Positions 35,001-36,336 of a stretch of 36,336 nucleotides of DNA are shown here, piece after piece. The DNA is from Candidatus Nanohaloarchaea archaeon. GTDB taxonomy: Archaea; EX4484-52; GLR71. The notes beneath the pieces were generated by a model, which did no database searches, was not told the origin of the DNA, and was given only the letters and a program-made list of their open reading frames with translations. The DNA is taken from the NCBI GenBank assembly GCA_030671745.1, contig DAOVHT010000001.1:1-36336 (forward strand). The letters run 5' to 3'. The position numbers were made by a program, and so were the translations under genes. Every line of letters begins with the position of its first letter. Within the stretch, counting starts at the first letter, position 1.

Positions 35001-36336
35001 TTAATCTTATTTCTGAAACTGCGATTCCTATTCCTTTTGAATTAAGATACTTTGACATATACACTCCTCAACAAGGTGGTGATGCCCAGGCATATTTTGT
35101 GCGGACAACCTCTCAAAAATCAGAAGCAATCGCGCTCCTTAACGATTTCAGGTTCAACATAGATTTCGGCGACACTTTTAAGATTGAAGTAGAATCAATG
35201 GGTAATGTAAAAGGATTGACTGATAGAATCGAATATTATGAAGATGGTTGCGGGTCTGTCACAGAAAAAAATAATTGTGAAACTTTATGGGGGACATATG
35301 CTTTAAATGAATATTTCAAAGAGATATCATATTTTAATGCAAGTGATGATGTTGATTGCAATGAACTTAATCAAGGTTTGGGTGTTGTTGACAATGAAAC
35401 GATAAGCAAGATAAAATCATTATTAGGAATTCCACAGACCTCAAATATCTCCTGTACTAAGACTATTGATTCTGCAAATATGGCGAATCCTTTTATTGGT
35501 AGTTATATGGAATCAAAGATACAGGATAAGATAATAGGACCAAGGATAATCAATGAAGTCAGAGGATTAAATGATATCTACAATTCAGAAGGCATATATA
35601 TTGATGTTGATTATGCCATTAATTCTGATTTTGGTACTTCCGGTTGGGATGCAGATGGGTTCTGGAAAGAAGAAGACTCTTTTGTATCTGGATCAGTATC
35701 TACAGGTGTAGCTTGTGGCTGTGCTGGACGTTCAGATGTATGCGGTGATGGTAATGGTGCAAGTACATATATAAAAAAGACAGAGAGTTATTGTGATTAT
35801 AATTATGGTGCAATATACTCTTTGAATGTCACAATCGAAGACCGGAACACAGACATTTGGGATCCTGTTCTACACGATATGACTTCATTGAAATTCAAGT
35901 ACGGCTTTGAATGGTCTGCATTGGATGATGACCAAAATTATACTTATATCGCAGATGAAAGAAATATGGATGCATATTTGGCAGGAGATGAGGCATATTG
36001 TGCACCTAAATACACACCTGATGTCTGCCATACTCAAGATAGTATTGCAAATTATGATCACTATATGAATGATCCTGATGAGTGTCCTGGAAAAGAAAGT
36101 TCAGATGTGACGTACAATGTTCTCAATTGTCAAGATGATGATTATGGATATTGTTATGGTCCATTCCATACTCACTGTCGCAGTTGCGGTTTAGGTTGTA
36201 CAAGTTGCTATTCGCATCGTCATAAATCTTGTTATAATTATGGATGTTCACCAAAATATACTTATGCAACTACTAATTATACTACGTATACTACTTGTTC
36301 TGGCCCACAGATCCCACCAAGACCTCCAACCCCCCC
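32027..36336 (+). CDS. Giant prepilin-like-leader surface protein, 3'-partial (more than 1436 codons, no stop before the window end); absent from the supplied ORF track
   Basis: ATG 32027 overlaps the upstream TGA (gcATGA). I read this frame codon by codon to nt 36334 without a stop. The leader is MRIISKTRTKG|VSGIEMLIPIFLLMFSLLVIFAG, with Glu at +5. NHL-type repeats and a Cys-rich distal region are present. All other-frame track ORFs across this 4.3-kb span are shorter than 90 aa. Confidence 0.88.
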   Translation, partial: MRIISKTRTKGVSGIEMLIPIFLLMFSLLVIFAGIEWGVNTLVLMDEEKQVTQMDTELLSVTDLYITPSLKYAMQEVTRDLALHGGLSSEILDNHKLFVDAMMSDSAKDNLKDDIVSDFNNGDLDFPSITNPPMKVEGNILYWSYYDKISKKNQETIPYEYDFIGSINPYNLCGTCSLEWSPPYTYLITDIKGTVNRYDVDNGNYILSEQYTGPTIISGDTLIKLNMSKSTESAKVEGVYNIRSYFEPLFPSVSYPGDALAQRTVFPRFTDVMLSDRLNSYRSDYGDSKTDIGSTLSLGTWNAFFVPVLMELDKTLAFYGGNRLVESTSSIEMENDDPVKSELDNRYWRLYDIATLFMDNVTDDDFLDDPLTMNAYYSEEYNGYEIFRDKSPKTCSDEWSISCDGTTNNILTTPSCTSSTSSTDELYIKELTIDSHEYELNEIINVELFVECIYNEYFNWTIAYYDGGIGWGYNKTGTEKCPSNYGGSINISEQLAMESTYSGIHLIRASVGNDSTDILGSTCMSADNDDVTFTTLGTSSYMYAESVNDTCFDGDKNCIFQKACNDKYQGTPPQLTPKDPSDKFTTLEAKDGSYESIPIIFDVEDNFNYNYYQKFKDVGLVPFIYDEMSKEKLAKNISAADEVSLTFNYGSDTTIACSEREDVIEKITVFMIYNPTLVPAITLDTFAINPLKLTADTSRVEIGSINPELGSTDSSDFYKKQKIILNKALIAEVINKTGNIKFTIQADTVADGENIPAQMYTDRNSRIYAYDILMNGAYPSMTIDINPDYMTDSLEPSMNYGFKNAKGIAVDKDGNIYVINSDDHRLYRYNSFGTFSGWMDLLDLDPRGVDIDTSNGNIYISYHDGRNITRYDNFFDSRDLAQNAGIPPTPFQMCGRFVSANPTDVAYYKGTVFTIFEDDKLDYCKSSSDSWYVGSLPDVAGTDKIMAISVDQAEDRLYAKIIKPNPTGTGFVYTYNVYGMSAFAENPITSNINLISETAIPIPFELRYFDIYTPQQGGDAQAYFVRTTSQKSEAIALLNDFRFNIDFGDTFKIEVESMGNVKGLTDRIEYYEDGCGSVTEKNNCETLWGTYALNEYFKEISYFNASDDVDCNELNQGLGVVDNETISKIKSLLGIPQTSNISCTKTIDSANMANPFIGSYMESKIQDKIIGPRIINEVRGLNDIYNSEGIYIDVDYAINSDFGTSGWDADGFWKEEDSFVSGSVSTGVACGCAGRSDVCGDGNGASTYIKKTESYCDYNYGAIYSLNVTIEDRNTDIWDPVLHDMTSLKFKYGFEWSALDDDQNYTYIADERNMDAYLAGDEAYCAPKYTPDVCHTQDSIANYDHYMNDPDECPGKESSDVTYNVLNCQDDDYGYCYGPFHTHCRSCGLGCTSCYSHRHKSCYNYGCSPKYTYATTNYTTYTTCSGPQIPPRPPTP
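34445..34965 (+). other. NHL-type beta-propeller repeat region within the giant ORF
   Basis: GIAVDKDGNIYVINSDDHRLYRYNSFG and PRGVDIDTSNGNIYISYHDGRNITRYDNF match the NHL repeat consensus (G.a.D..GniyVaD..n.ri..f). Two further degenerate blades follow. Confidence 0.6.

Noticed and set aside
1-36336. I looked in all intergenic regions longer than 100 nt, on both strands, for tRNA, rRNA, CRISPR arrays, transposases, integrases and IS-type terminal inverted repeats. The regions were 1288-1443, 2053-2243, 5037-5259, 8398-8516, 14543-14691, 18745-18861, 20172-20761, 21671-21952 and 23432-23527.
   Set aside because: I found none of the following: a cloverleaf-capable GC-rich segment, regularly spaced repeats, a DDE or tyrosine/serine recombinase-like ORF. 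The repeats that do exist are reported above and do not fit CRISPR or IS architecture.
36325-36336. A C-rich run at the very end of the window (ccaaccccccc), considered as a possible assembly artefact.
   Set aside because: It is in frame with the giant ORF and encodes the start of a Pro-rich stretch (PPRPPTP), which is plausible as a linker. This cannot be judged further without reads.

Overview
Low-GC segment that looks archaeal. Evidence: an archaeal/eukaryote-type ProRS, TATA boxes about 26 nt upstream of start codons (leaderless-style), and many [KR][KR]G-type class III signal peptides. A small-genome, uncultivated archaeon is plausible, but that is inference. Housekeeping anchors are IleRS (5260-8397 +), ProRS (21953-23431 -), a HIT hydrolase and an MFS transporter. 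Two secreted S8 subtilases are present (1-1287, 5'-partial; 23528-27544, 1338 aa, membrane-anchored).

The dominant signal is a family of at least 15 clear and 3 atypical genes. Their products begin with a short basic leader ending in G/A, followed by 20-25 hydrophobic residues (prepilin-like). They are arranged as follows:
- (A) Divergent operons at 8517-14542.
- (B) A tightly coupled + strand operon from 27522 to the window end.
- Isolated copies at 15223-15522 and 19905-20171.

The last gene of operon B (32027 to >36336, more than 1436 codons, no stop) is missing from the supplied ORF track. Five small members share an 8-Cys C-terminal module, four of them with a C-x3-C-x2-CC core. No pilus ATPase, platform protein or prepilin peptidase is recognisable in the window.

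Between the clusters lies an accessory island containing:
- HicAB.
- An AAA_14/DUF4143 ATPase with tandem operator-like inverted repeats.
- Two tandem Bro-N paralogues.
- A decayed RelE with a short RelB-like ORF (below the track threshold).
- A Fic gene bracketed by two copies of a 32-bp palindrome.
- Three copies or remnants of one pilin promoter plus leader.

I found no rRNA, tRNA, CRISPR array, transposase or integrase.
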